From Escherichia phage phiWec172, in sequence record LC739530.1: 64,000 bases of DNA. One strand, given 5' to 3'. The notes beneath the pieces were generated by a model, which was given only the letters and a program-made list of their open reading frames with translations, made no database searches and had not been told where the DNA came from. The number at the start of each line of letters is the position of its first letter. Positions within the stretch are counted from its first letter, which is position 1. Shown here piece by piece: positions 1 to 7,678 of the stretch. A program made the position numbers and the translations under genes.

Positions 1-47
1 CCCCCCCCCCCGTTGATTGACAATTTACAGATTTTTATCAGGCTTGT

Positions 48-281
48 CTAGTCTTTTTCAATGATAATCTCATATTGTCCATCAACACTGTCGAAATAGA
101 TTCCTTCGTCATCTTCTGTCTTAAAGTAACATTGTATATCATCACTTGCGGGATAGTCTTGCCTTGCTATCTGGCAAACTTGAACAGCATTCTCTTTACT
201 CCCTGTAAACTCCTCAAGCCCTTTAAAATCGCATGAATGGCCATTACAAATTGAGAGGATGAGATAAACGGTTGTTAGCAT
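48..281 (-). CDS. hypothetical protein
   Basis: 77-aa ORF from track; no recognisable motif. Confidence 0.3.
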   Translation of the reverse strand: MLTTVYLILSICNGHSCDFKGLEEFTGSKENAVQVCQIARQDYPASDDIQCYFKTEDDEGIYFDSVDGQYEIIIEKD

Positions 282-346
282 GATTTAAGCCCTCTAAAAG
301 CCCCTGTAAGGGGCTGATTAGTGTTTATAAGGTGATTGTATAGGTT

Positions 347-889
347 TTAAAAAAAGCTCTTTAAGTCTCTCTCTGTGATGTTTCCCGTTAGTGTATCCAT
401 GATGTCACAAAAAACCTGAATACTGTCCGACTGTTGAACACTTTTAGCGAGAAGCTCCAGAGACTCATCAAGATAGTTCATATTTGGGTTATCCAGTGAA
501 GGAAGACAAAAAGGCGAATACATCGCATTAAATTCTGTTACGTAAACCTTTTTAATCCAACTTACATCAAAGTACTCTGTAAAACTTGCTACACTCGACA
601 TATTATCACAAGAATAATCATCGTTTAGCTCATCCTCTGGAATATCGAGTTCTAAGATAACAATATTTTGAGTCTTCATCTGAAAAGCTGCGGTGATAGT
701 GGCATTGCCTAGAGCTTGTTGGATACCTTCGGCTGTTATCTCTTCCTCATCGTCGCCATAGATTTTATTTTCTGGATAAACGTAAAAATTGCCGTCCATA
801 TCCGAACAATTCCATGCGCCCGATGGTTTATCACCGTTATTAATCAGGTTGATAAAGTTTTCTTGAGTAGTACCATGAAAGCATTTCAT
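347..889 (-). CDS. hypothetical protein
   Basis: 180-aa ORF, followed upstream (890-974) by a conserved cassette and RBS. Confidence 0.4.
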   Translation of the reverse strand: MKCFHGTTQENFINLINNGDKPSGAWNCSDMDGNFYVYPENKIYGDDEEEITAEGIQQALGNATITAAFQMKTQNIVILELDIPEDELNDDYSCDNMSSVASFTEYFDVSWIKKVYVTEFNAMYSPFCLPSLDNPNMNYLDESLELLAKSVQQSDSIQVFCDIMDTLTGNITERDLKSFF

Positions 890-974
890 TTTTGAATCTC
901 CAGTTTAGGATTTAGTGGTAAAGCTCTTTATCTGGGGCTTAAGATACCAACTTTTAAGCCCCTTGTAAAGTACT
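890..974 (-). promoter_or_regulatory. Repeated intergenic cassette type A (hairpin GGGGCTTAA-11nt-TTAAGCCCC plus conserved leader with GGAGA RBS)
   Basis: Near-identical copies at 1684-1769, 2756-2843, 3240-3311; sits between stop of upstream gene and ATG of 347..889. Confidence 0.5.
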
Positions 975-1178
975 TTATTTGTTATTTTTGACAACTTTTA
1001 AAACTGCACGGTAACCTAAGCAATAAGAATCACCGAAGAGTGACCGGCCCATGAAAGATTCTTCTGTAATATCTTTCGCCGTGACAGTTTTTTCTACGCC
1101 GTGAAAGAGAACTATATCACCAACTTTAATATCTTTGATGTGAGTTGTTTCAATGTGTAAGCCGTTGATAATAGCCAT
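975..1178 (-). CDS. hypothetical protein
   Basis: 67-aa ORF directly preceded by type B cassette. Confidence 0.35.
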   Translation of the reverse strand: MAIINGLHIETTHIKDIKVGDIVLFHGVEKTVTAKDITEESFMGRSLFGDSYCLGYRAVLKVVKNNK

Positions 1179-1278
1179 TTTAGAATCTCCAGTTTAGGAC
1201 TTTATTTAGTGGGGAGGTTATCGCCTCCCCGTTGATGTGTAATTTAACCTATCTAAAAATCAGTGTCAACAAAATTTT
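1179..1278 (-). promoter_or_regulatory. Repeated intergenic cassette type B with sigma70-like promoter (TTGACA-17-TAAATT), hairpin GGGGAGG-6nt-CCTCCCC and conserved RBS leader
   Basis: Minus-strand TTGACA at about 1264-1269, TAAATT at about 1241-1246, hairpin about 1213-1232; related copies at 2043-2132 and 3693-3770. Confidence 0.4.
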
Positions 1279-1683
1279 TTAGAGTTCTGCATAAATTGCA
1301 TCACAGACATCACGAAAATCGTGATTTGTCAAATTACGTTGTAACCAAGTGGCAAAGAAATCAGCGATTGCAAAATTAGCGTCATACTCGACGGATAGCC
1401 ATACTTTAACAGCAAATCTAAACATTTTCAAATCTAACTCCCTATTCATTACCTTAGATTTGCCTAGCATATCAATCATTTCATATTGCGCACCGTCTAG
1501 CGTGATACCTGCTGCAACGTCAGCCAATGAACTTTTTACGTTTTCAACGTCTAAAATAATACTTTGAATCTTCCCAATAATGCTGTGCAATGTTTCATCT
1601 GGTGCTGATGACGTAATAACATTAATCCGGTTAACGGTCAAACGTGCTTTTAAAATTGATAATTCACGGTTATTAATAGCCAT
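1279..1683 (-). CDS. hypothetical protein
   Basis: 134-aa ORF; stop immediately abuts cassette B. Confidence 0.4.
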   Translation of the reverse strand: MAINNRELSILKARLTVNRINVITSSAPDETLHSIIGKIQSIILDVENVKSSLADVAAGITLDGAQYEMIDMLGKSKVMNRELDLKMFRFAVKVWLSVEYDANFAIADFFATWLQRNLTNHDFRDVCDAIYAEL

Positions 1684-1769
1684 TTTTAAGTTCTCCAGTT
1701 TAGGATTGAGTGGTAAAGCTCTTTATCTGGGGCTTACTTTATCGAACTATAAGCCCCTTGTAAAGTACT
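1684..1769 (-). promoter_or_regulatory. Repeated intergenic cassette type A
   Basis: Hairpin GGGGCTTAC-11nt-GTAAGCCCC (plus-strand view) plus conserved leader ...CTAAACTGGAGAACTTAAAAATG. Confidence 0.5.
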
Positions 1770-2042
1770 TTATGCTAAATGCAGCTTTTTACCTTTTACC
1801 ATGATGTAACTTGTTGCGCTATTGCTGTATACATCTTGATAAATTCTGCGCAAACGGCCTTCGTAGTATACTTTCCAGCTAGTTGGAATCTTTTTCCCGT
1901 ATCCTGTAACAGTTTTTTGGAGTCCTGCAAGTTGCCAATCTAAAATGTGTTGTTCGGCTTGTAAATCCTCGAAGTGCATTACACCGTTCACATAGTGGCG
2001 TAGGGTTACGTTTAAAGTGCGACCGTTGTTAGTAGTATACAT
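1770..2042 (-). CDS. hypothetical protein
   Basis: 90-aa ORF flanked by cassettes. Confidence 0.4.
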   Translation of the reverse strand: MYTTNNGRTLNVTLRHYVNGVMHFEDLQAEQHILDWQLAGLQKTVTGYGKKIPTSWKVYYEGRLRRIYQDVYSNSATSYIMVKGKKLHLA

Positions 2043-2132
2043 TTTTGAATCTCCTAGTTTAAGGACTTTACTTAGTGGGGAAGTTCATTCCCTCACCGTT
2101 GATTAGTAATTTACTTGTTTTAAAAACCAAAA
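2043..2132 (-). promoter_or_regulatory. Repeated intergenic cassette type B (imperfect hairpin, TAAATT -10-like box)
   Basis: Shares ...CAACGG-hairpin-...AAAGTCCTTAAACTAGGAGATTCAAAAA leader with 1179-1278. Confidence 0.35.
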
Positions 2133-2465
2133 TCAAGAGGAATTTTTTCGTTTGCTCAATTCTTGAACAATTACAACGTAATAATCTTTTAAGTCACTGA
2201 CATTCAAAGCATTTATCAGTGAATTATAATCATCGACTAACTGAAAATCATCTTTGAAGATGTCACTTATCTGATAGGTTTTCGCTTTATATCTGAAGCT
2301 CATCTCTAGCCGCTTTATTTGCTCATCACTGAGGCGTCCTAGAAAGCTCTCTACAAGGTTATTGCTAACCTGCTGTGTGATTGCCTTATTTGCTAGATTA
2401 TAGGCTTTATATGCCTTATATAGCGCGAAAATGGCAATGATTGCAGTGATACCAGTCATTAACAC
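2133..2465 (-). CDS. hypothetical membrane protein
   Basis: 110 aa; hydrophobic N-terminus MLMTGITAIIAIFALY suggests one TM helix. Confidence 0.4.
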   Translation of the reverse strand: MLMTGITAIIAIFALYKAYKAYNLANKAITQQVSNNLVESFLGRLSDEQIKRLEMSFRYKAKTYQISDIFKDDFQLVDDYNSLINALNVSDLKDYYVVIVQELSKRKNSS

Positions 2466-2755
2466 GGTGTTTCCTCTTTACGTGATACTTTGCCACTTAC
2501 AGTTATCTCATAAGATTCTAATAAATCGCTTTTAGACTTTACAGGGCTTTTAAAAGTATCATCGTAGATATTGACTTGTAATACAGGTTTTTTATATTCC
2601 CTGCAACTATTCCATAAGCAAATTACTACACGACGGCCTTTTATTTTGCCGTGTAACCATTCCATAACATCATGACTATTCCTTGATGTTTCAATAAAAT
2701 CAATTTTGTTAAGTAACTTGCTTAGATTTTCACGGGCTTTATTTGATAGTTTCAT
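2459..2755 (-). CDS. hypothetical protein
   Basis: 98-aa ORF preceded by cassette A. Confidence 0.4.
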   Translation of the reverse strand: MKLSNKARENLSKLLNKIDFIETSRNSHDVMEWLHGKIKGRRVVICLWNSCREYKKPVLQVNIYDDTFKSPVKSKSDLLESYEITVSGKVSRKEETPC

Positions 2756-2843
2756 TTTTGAAACTCCAGTTTAGGATTGAGTGGTAAAGCTCTTTATCTG
2801 GGGCTTACTTTATCGAACTGTAAGCCCCCTGTAAAGTACTTTA
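2756..2843 (-). promoter_or_regulatory. Repeated intergenic cassette type A
   Basis: Hairpin GGGGCTTAC...GTAAGCCCC plus conserved leader. Confidence 0.5.
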
Positions 2844-3239
2844 TTAGTTAATTTTGAAAATTGTCACATAGCCGTCACTGCCGATTATTTGAGACACTCC
2901 AGCTTTTTCCACTGAATAGCCCATATTTTCAAGATGATAAACAGCATCATCATAACCATATGCGCCACCCTGATAACGTCTCTTATCGCATCTTATCAGG
3001 TTTTTACCACGTCCTGCAAGTGCATGGAGAATTGTTTTTTCACTTGAAAGAGTACCATCTAACATGGTTGCCGTGTAATGGTTGATTTTATTCCCGTTGA
3101 TATCATACTTAAAATTGAACGAGTGAACAACAATTATTTTGCCGTTAAATTTTTCATCAAGCGCCTTCTCTAATACATTACGAAAATTTTCTTTATTGAT
3201 GAATTTCGGTGCGCGGTATGCCATTTTTAAGTTCTCCAA
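2844..3239 (-). CDS. hypothetical protein
   Basis: 131-aa ORF. Confidence 0.4.
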   Translation of the reverse strand: MENLKMAYRAPKFINKENFRNVLEKALDEKFNGKIIVVHSFNFKYDINGNKINHYTATMLDGTLSSEKTILHALAGRGKNLIRCDKRRYQGGAYGYDDAVYHLENMGYSVEKAGVSQIIGSDGYVTIFKIN

Positions 3240-3311
3240 TTTAGGATTGAGTGGTAAAGCTCTTTATCTGGGGCTTAAGATACTACCTTTTTAAACCCCA
3301 TGTAAAGCACT
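3240..3311 (-). promoter_or_regulatory. Repeated intergenic cassette type A (imperfect hairpin)
   Basis: Same conserved leader GTGGTAAAGCTCTTTATCTGGGGCTTAAG... (plus-strand view). Confidence 0.45.
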
Positions 3312-3473
3312 TTATGAAATAATTTTTATAAAATCTTTCATGGTTATCTTGTCGCCATTTGTTAGGGCTATGCAGTCATTATCCATCACTGACTTGTAAA
3401 GGTAGAAAACTTTCCCAATTTTTGGGTATCCGTCTAAATCTTTGTAGCTTATTACATTGCCTTCTTTAATCAT
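3312..3473 (-). CDS. small hypothetical protein (about 53 aa), below ORF-track length cutoff
   Basis: ATG-initiated frame MIKEGNVISYKDLDGYPKIGK... read on minus strand; stop overlaps end of cassette A. Confidence 0.3.
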   Translation of the reverse strand: MIKEGNVISYKDLDGYPKIGKVFYLYKSVMDNDCIALTNGDKITMKDFIKIIS

Positions 3474-3485
3474 TGTCAAGCCCTT

Positions 3486-3692
3486 TTAAACGTCATAGTA
3501 GTAAACTGCTGTATGTCTTGTAAACTGTCTTGTGTGATTTGTCAAATAACAATCTGACCTGATTGATGTATCAACATATTTATCAAAATCCTTTTCTGAG
3601 ATACGTTGCCATACATCACAAATAAGCATAAAGAAACGGCGCTTTTTAGTCTTGTTATTGTCTACAATCATCAATTGGCGTTGATATAACAT
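3486..3692 (-). CDS. hypothetical protein
   Basis: 68-aa ORF preceded by cassette B. Confidence 0.4.
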   Translation of the reverse strand: MLYQRQLMIVDNNKTKKRRFFMLICDVWQRISEKDFDKYVDTSIRSDCYLTNHTRQFTRHTAVYYYDV

Positions 3693-3770
3693 TTTAGAAT
3701 CTCCAGTTTAGGGAGTGGGCTTGCTTGCCCGTCTGATGCAAATATTACGTAAACCTGTTTTGTGTGTCAA
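3693..3770 (-). promoter_or_regulatory. Cassette type B with strong sigma70-like promoter (TTGACA-17-TAATAT), hairpin GGGC-6nt-GCCC and conserved RBS leader
   Basis: Minus-strand TTGACA at about 3765-3770, TAATAT at about 3742-3747, hairpin about 3717-3730. Confidence 0.45.
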
Positions 3771-4165
3771 TAGTTTTTATTAAATATTTTTGTAAGTTTG
3801 GGAGAGGAACGGGCGCGCACGACTACCACAAAACAGAACTACAATCAAGAATTATTTTTCAATCCGCTACAAATTTTTCTGTTGACTTTTCTTTTTAGAT
3901 GTGGTAGCCTTGTGAGAAATGGCGACATCCCCACCTACACCCACCTACCTGCACAATTCTAAAATGATTTTTCTTGCCCGACCTGATTTTTCTCTGCACG
4001 TTTTGAAAATGATTTTTCTATCCGGCGATGAGATTTTTTGGGATATCTGTACAGACCCCTCCAGATACCTGCACAAATTGAAAATGAAAAAGGCCGCCTT
4101 ACCTTAAATTTTTCAATGGGTTAGGCAGCCTTCTTAGATGATTTGTAGATACTGTGAAGTACTAA
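3771..4165. repeat. About 400-bp non-coding region with iteron-like direct repeats
   Basis: Three copies of CTGCAC(A/G)-N5-(A/G)AAAATGA at about 3949, 3995, 4069; tandem CACCTAC; GC island GGGCGCGC; no ORF with coding character (track ORF 3919..4107 looks spurious). Confidence 0.4.
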
Positions 4166-4945
4166 TCAGCTTATGAATTTGAACTTTTTAGAATACAGCA
4201 AGTAGTGAACTTCATCCTGATTTGTTGTGTAGATGTACGCTGCTGGGTAGTTATCAAAGAATACACCTTCATATCTTCCAAACGGGTCAACTGGGAACAT
4301 TTCACTGTTACACATACCCATCTCACTAACCAGAGGGTAACTAACCTCAACCTTGCCATCAACAAGCTGATAGAGGGTAACTTGATTAGTCTTCCCGTCA
4401 CTTAGCACGACACCATCATAGAATTGTGGTGCTGAGGTAGCATACTTAGTGGTAACTACACTTGCCATTGCTTCATCATAGACGTATAGGTACACATCAA
4501 CGTTATACATAACACTATTAATGAGGCTTTTCACAGCTTGTGCATCTAAACCGCCTATACCTGCCCCAATCATGGGTAAACCAATCTTACGAATGTTGTG
4601 CAGCCAGCAAAATTTACGGAGTTTTTCTAGTGACTCCACTAAGTATCGGTATGATGCACACTTCCCAACATCCAACTGTGTATATAGGTTAAAAATGTAA
4701 CCATACTCCGTTCGAGCATGTGACACCTCACCAGCCATCTGGTATCCGATATCATGGGCACTGTAGCCAAACTTTTTATGGAACTTCCGGTCAGCTTCTT
4801 CAGCTTTTGGGAAAATCTTAGCAATTTTTTGAGCGATTCCAGCACCCATGAGGTTACGACAGTTGCAACCATGAGCAATTAACTCAATGTCTGTGTTTTT
4901 GAAGGCAGCTAGTAAGTTACCTTTTACAACTTTTACAATACCCAT
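4166..4945 (-). CDS. Macro-domain (ADP-ribose-binding/processing) protein with C-terminal extension
   Basis: N-terminus VVKGNLLAAF..DIELIAHGCNCRNLMGAGIAQKIAKIFP resembles macro-domain core (compare YmdB [32 protein letters not shown]); about 90 extra C-terminal residues. Confidence 0.5.
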   Translation of the reverse strand: MGIVKVVKGNLLAAFKNTDIELIAHGCNCRNLMGAGIAQKIAKIFPKAEEADRKFHKKFGYSAHDIGYQMAGEVSHARTEYGYIFNLYTQLDVGKCASYRYLVESLEKLRKFCWLHNIRKIGLPMIGAGIGGLDAQAVKSLINSVMYNVDVYLYVYDEAMASVVTTKYATSAPQFYDGVVLSDGKTNQVTLYQLVDGKVEVSYPLVSEMGMCNSEMFPVDPFGRYEGVFFDNYPAAYIYTTNQDEVHYLLYSKKFKFIS

Positions 4946-5182
4946 TTAACATCTCTCCCAAGATTCTTTATCTTCTGAAGGCTTTACACGTTGCCCTTCG
5001 TGGTCTACCCAGATACATCCACAACCTTCACAGATTACTGGCATTGCATAGCCAGCTTTAAAGTCATCTTCAGTGATAAGACCTTTTAAGTCACCTGTAT
5101 CACGTCCGAACATTTCGATAGCACAATCTTTGCAGAAGTCAGCCATGAATAATTGCCTCTTGGATGATGATGCCTTCGCCAC
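4946..5182 (-). CDS. Small Cys-rich putative zinc-binding protein
   Basis: 78 aa with FCKDCA ... CEGCGC cysteine clusters. Confidence 0.4.
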   Translation of the reverse strand: MAKASSSKRQLFMADFCKDCAIEMFGRDTGDLKGLITEDDFKAGYAMPVICEGCGCIWVDHEGQRVKPSEDKESWERC

Positions 5183-5372
5183 AGCGACTTTTGAAATCTT
5201 CTAATGGTTCAGAGATGAAGCCGCGTAAACGGTCACTGAATTTACGTTTTAAACCCTTCTTATAAGTTAGCACATCTTCCCCTGCAAACGGGACGACTTC
5301 ATCTCTCCCTATGAATACTGCTGAACGTACAATCTTGCGGGTCTTTTTATCTCTGGCTAGTATTACTTTCAT
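5139..5372 (-). CDS. hypothetical protein
   Basis: 77-aa ORF; 5-prime end overlaps neighbour, true start may be internal. Confidence 0.3.
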   Translation of the reverse strand: MKVILARDKKTRKIVRSAVFIGRDEVVPFAGEDVLTYKKGLKRKFSDRLRGFISEPLEDFKSRCGEGIIIQEAIIHG

Positions 5373-5676
5373 AGTTTACCTTCTCAGTTAGCTCATACAA
5401 GTCAACATGCTCAATGCTATCAATGTTGATACCAATCTTTTTGAAGCGTTCTATCACTTCGTTGTCAGTCATCCATATCAGACACCAATGATTATGGATG
5501 GATTCTTCAAGAAGGTCAACACAGTCTTTAAAAGTTTTTGTATCACTTCTTGTTCCGACTACTGCGATTGTCCCATACAACCACTTACCATTGCCATAAG
5601 ATACTTGTGCTACGCCAACTTCTTTATCTTTCTCGTCGTAGTAAACGGCTACAAAGTCTCTTCCATTAATCTGCAT
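5347..5676 (-). CDS. hypothetical protein
   Basis: 109-aa ORF. Confidence 0.4.
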   Translation of the reverse strand: MQINGRDFVAVYYDEKDKEVGVAQVSYGNGKWLYGTIAVVGTRSDTKTFKDCVDLLEESIHNHWCLIWMTDNEVIERFKKIGINIDSIEHVDLYELTEKVNYESNTSQR

Positions 5677-5678
5677 AT

Positions 5679-5948
5679 TTACTTCCTCGTTTTAAGAACT
5701 GCTAAGATTTCTTTAGAATCTGGTAAGAACCATGTGTAGTGATTCTCTTTGATTTCTGGATGAGTGTCAACCTTTATTTTGCAGTCTTTACCAACATGCT
5801 TAAGCTGTGCTGTGACACCCTGCATAAAGATATGACACATCACATTATCCATAATGGTTGGTATGAAGTCAATTCGCATATAAGTTTCTTTTGGGCGTGG
5901 TAACAGTAAGTACCCTTCTACGTAAAAAGTATCTTCATTCTCTGTCAT
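5679..5948 (-). CDS. hypothetical protein
   Basis: 89-aa ORF. Confidence 0.4.
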   Translation of the reverse strand: MTENEDTFYVEGYLLLPRPKETYMRIDFIPTIMDNVMCHIFMQGVTAQLKHVGKDCKIKVDTHPEIKENHYTWFLPDSKEILAVLKTRK

Positions 5949-6214
5949 TGCTGTTTATTTCCTAATAAAATCATGTCAATAAGGTTGTTAGCTTTGATTG
6001 TGCACTGGTAAAAGCCGTCACGATAGGACTCAAGGGCTGCTGCTACATCACTGCCTGTGTTACCTTTGATGATATACCGTGATTCTTCTTGAGTGTACTT
6101 ATCACTCTCACTTACTTGGGAGTTTTTGAATGTACTGCTCACTTTGTTCGTTGAACACCCTGACATAGTTATCAGTAACACAAACATTATAAAACTCTGG
6201 CTTAGTTTTTTCAT
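5945..6214 (-). CDS. Putative lipoprotein; candidate outer-membrane spanin (Rz1-like) overlapping the upstream gene
   Basis: Signal peptide with lipobox LITMSGC; starts inside 6108..6455 in another frame. Confidence 0.35.
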   Translation of the reverse strand: MKKLSQSFIMFVLLITMSGCSTNKVSSTFKNSQVSESDKYTQEESRYIIKGNTGSDVAAALESYRDGFYQCTIKANNLIDMILLGNKQQ

Positions 6215-6455
6215 ATGTTAGTACCTCTTTTGTATGCTTATTCTTAGCAAGCACATCTTTCAAATCATTTTTGTAATTGGTGCTCAGTGTGACTAATCCT
6301 TCCTGATAAGCATCTTTAGCAACACTTATGAGCTTTTGATTGTTTAGCTCAGTTTCAGCAACTTGATAGTCTCTGTAAGAGTATCCTCCCCAGACACCTG
6401 CACCAACTAAGAAAACAATTATGAAAGTAGCTTGACAGAACTCTTTAAATGTCAT
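6108..6455 (-). CDS. Putative inner-membrane spanin (Rz-like): N-terminal TM helix plus periplasmic domain
   Basis: N-terminal hydrophobic segment ATFIIVFLVGAGVWGG; embedded overlapping lipoprotein gene. Confidence 0.35.
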   Translation of the reverse strand: MTFKEFCQATFIIVFLVGAGVWGGYSYRDYQVAETELNNQKLISVAKDAYQEGLVTLSTNYKNDLKDVLAKNKHTKEVLTYEKTKPEFYNVCVTDNYVRVFNEQSEQYIQKLPSK

Positions 6456-6469
6456 TTAACAATCTCCTA

Positions 6470-6497
6470 AAATGAAAAAGGCTCCCGAAGGAGCCTG
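6470..6497 (-). terminator. Intrinsic terminator (GGCUCC-UUCG-GGAGCC then U5 on minus strand)
   Basis: Perfect 6-7 bp GC stem with UUCG tetraloop followed by TTTTT in direction of transcription, downstream of 6508..6972. Confidence 0.6.
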
Positions 6498-6507
6498 TAT
6501 CTTAACC

Positions 6508-6972
6508 TTAACCGAGGACTTTAGCAAGGATATTCGCAGCCATCGAAGAAGCTTTTGCAGCAGCAACTACGCCAGCTTTGATAGTGCTATCCTTAATAGC
6601 AGATACCGTTGCAGCATCAGTAAAGAGATAAGTAGTTGTTTTAGAACCACTTGTAAAGGAAAGCATAAGAGCAGTTTCCAGATTGAAAGAGCGATACGGA
6701 GCACCTTCTTTAACAATACCTTCAGCACCTAATTCTGAAGCCATACCCATATCATAGATAGTCATCAGATTTTCTTTATGTGCTGTCGTTGAGCCAGAAC
6801 CTTTTACGTGTTTCTTAACATTCAAAAGAGCACGATACTCTCGGATGTTACCGTCTGCTTTTACATTGACAGCACGGAAGATTTTACCCTCAAAGTTGCT
6901 CTTGATAATGTTACGAACTACTTCAGATTTGTTTGCCGTAACGTCCAGTGCTACCGTAATGATATTGTTCAT
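6508..6972 (-). CDS. hypothetical protein
   Basis: 154-aa ORF. Confidence 0.45.
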   Translation of the reverse strand: MNNIITVALDVTANKSEVVRNIIKSNFEGKIFRAVNVKADGNIREYRALLNVKKHVKGSGSTTAHKENLMTIYDMGMASELGAEGIVKEGAPYRSFNLETALMLSFTSGSKTTTYLFTDAATVSAIKDSTIKAGVVAAAKASSMAANILAKVLG

Positions 6973-6982
6973 AAGTTTTCTC

Positions 6983-7678
6983 TCAATGTTTAACTAACAT
7001 GGTTTTAATGTGTGGAAGGATTCTGTTCACCTTCTGCACATTCTTCTCTGTGTCTTCTATAAAACATACTATATTAAAGTAAGGCAGAATGCAAGACTGA
7101 ATTATCCTCACTTTCAAACTTTCTGCACTTATAGAGTTAGTCCCAAAACCACGCATAAAAAGCATGTAGTCATGCTCTGTGTTATGCCTTAAAAACATCT
7201 CAGTAGGTATTCTCTGAGATTCACCTCTCGCTGTCAAGAGTCCAACAGCAGCATGATTAGCAATTGCATCAATGATATTGAAAACATACGTCGGCTTTGC
7301 TCTTACAGAATCAAGAAGATTGGTATACTGCGAGAATGAACCGTCGGTCAATTCCGTTGAGCAATCTTCGTGATTAAAATTTGTAAGAACACCATCAATA
7401 TCTGCTAAGATGAGATTCCCTTTTTCTACAAGGTCTTTATTGACTATGACTAAGCTATCACGACTCACACCTATAGTTTGTCCAGTCTCTTTATCTACAA
7501 CATTCACAATTGGCTCTGATGTGTGGAACTCTTCGAGTGAACATACAACTTCTCTTGCGGTGTCTTCAAAATCCCTACACTGTTCTGGAGTCCATATGTC
7601 AGAATCAAGACCTAACTCATGAGGATGCAAGTCATAAGCATGGCACAGTACTTCATCAGACTTTCTTAATTTTTTCAT
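6983..7678 (-). CDS. HAD-superfamily phosphatase (possible nucleotidase)
   Basis: Motif LILADIDGVLTNF (DxDGT-type HAD motif I). Confidence 0.4.
   Translation of the reverse strand: MKKLRKSDEVLCHAYDLHPHELGLDSDIWTPEQCRDFEDTAREVVCSLEEFHTSEPIVNVVDKETGQTIGVSRDSLVIVNKDLVEKGNLILADIDGVLTNFNHEDCSTELTDGSFSQYTNLLDSVRAKPTYVFNIIDAIANHAAVGLLTARGESQRIPTEMFLRHNTEHDYMLFMRGFGTNSISAESLKVRIIQSCILPYFNIVCFIEDTEKNVQKVNRILPHIKTMLVKH

Noticed and set aside
1-11. Run of 11 C at the very start of the window
   Set aside because: Sits at the window/contig edge with no partner repeat or coding context; most likely an assembly or adapter artefact rather than a biological homopolymer.
3919-4107. 62-aa plus-strand ORF in the repeat-rich non-coding region
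   Set aside because: Opposite orientation to all surrounding genes, low-complexity repeat-derived sequence, no RBS; likely spurious.
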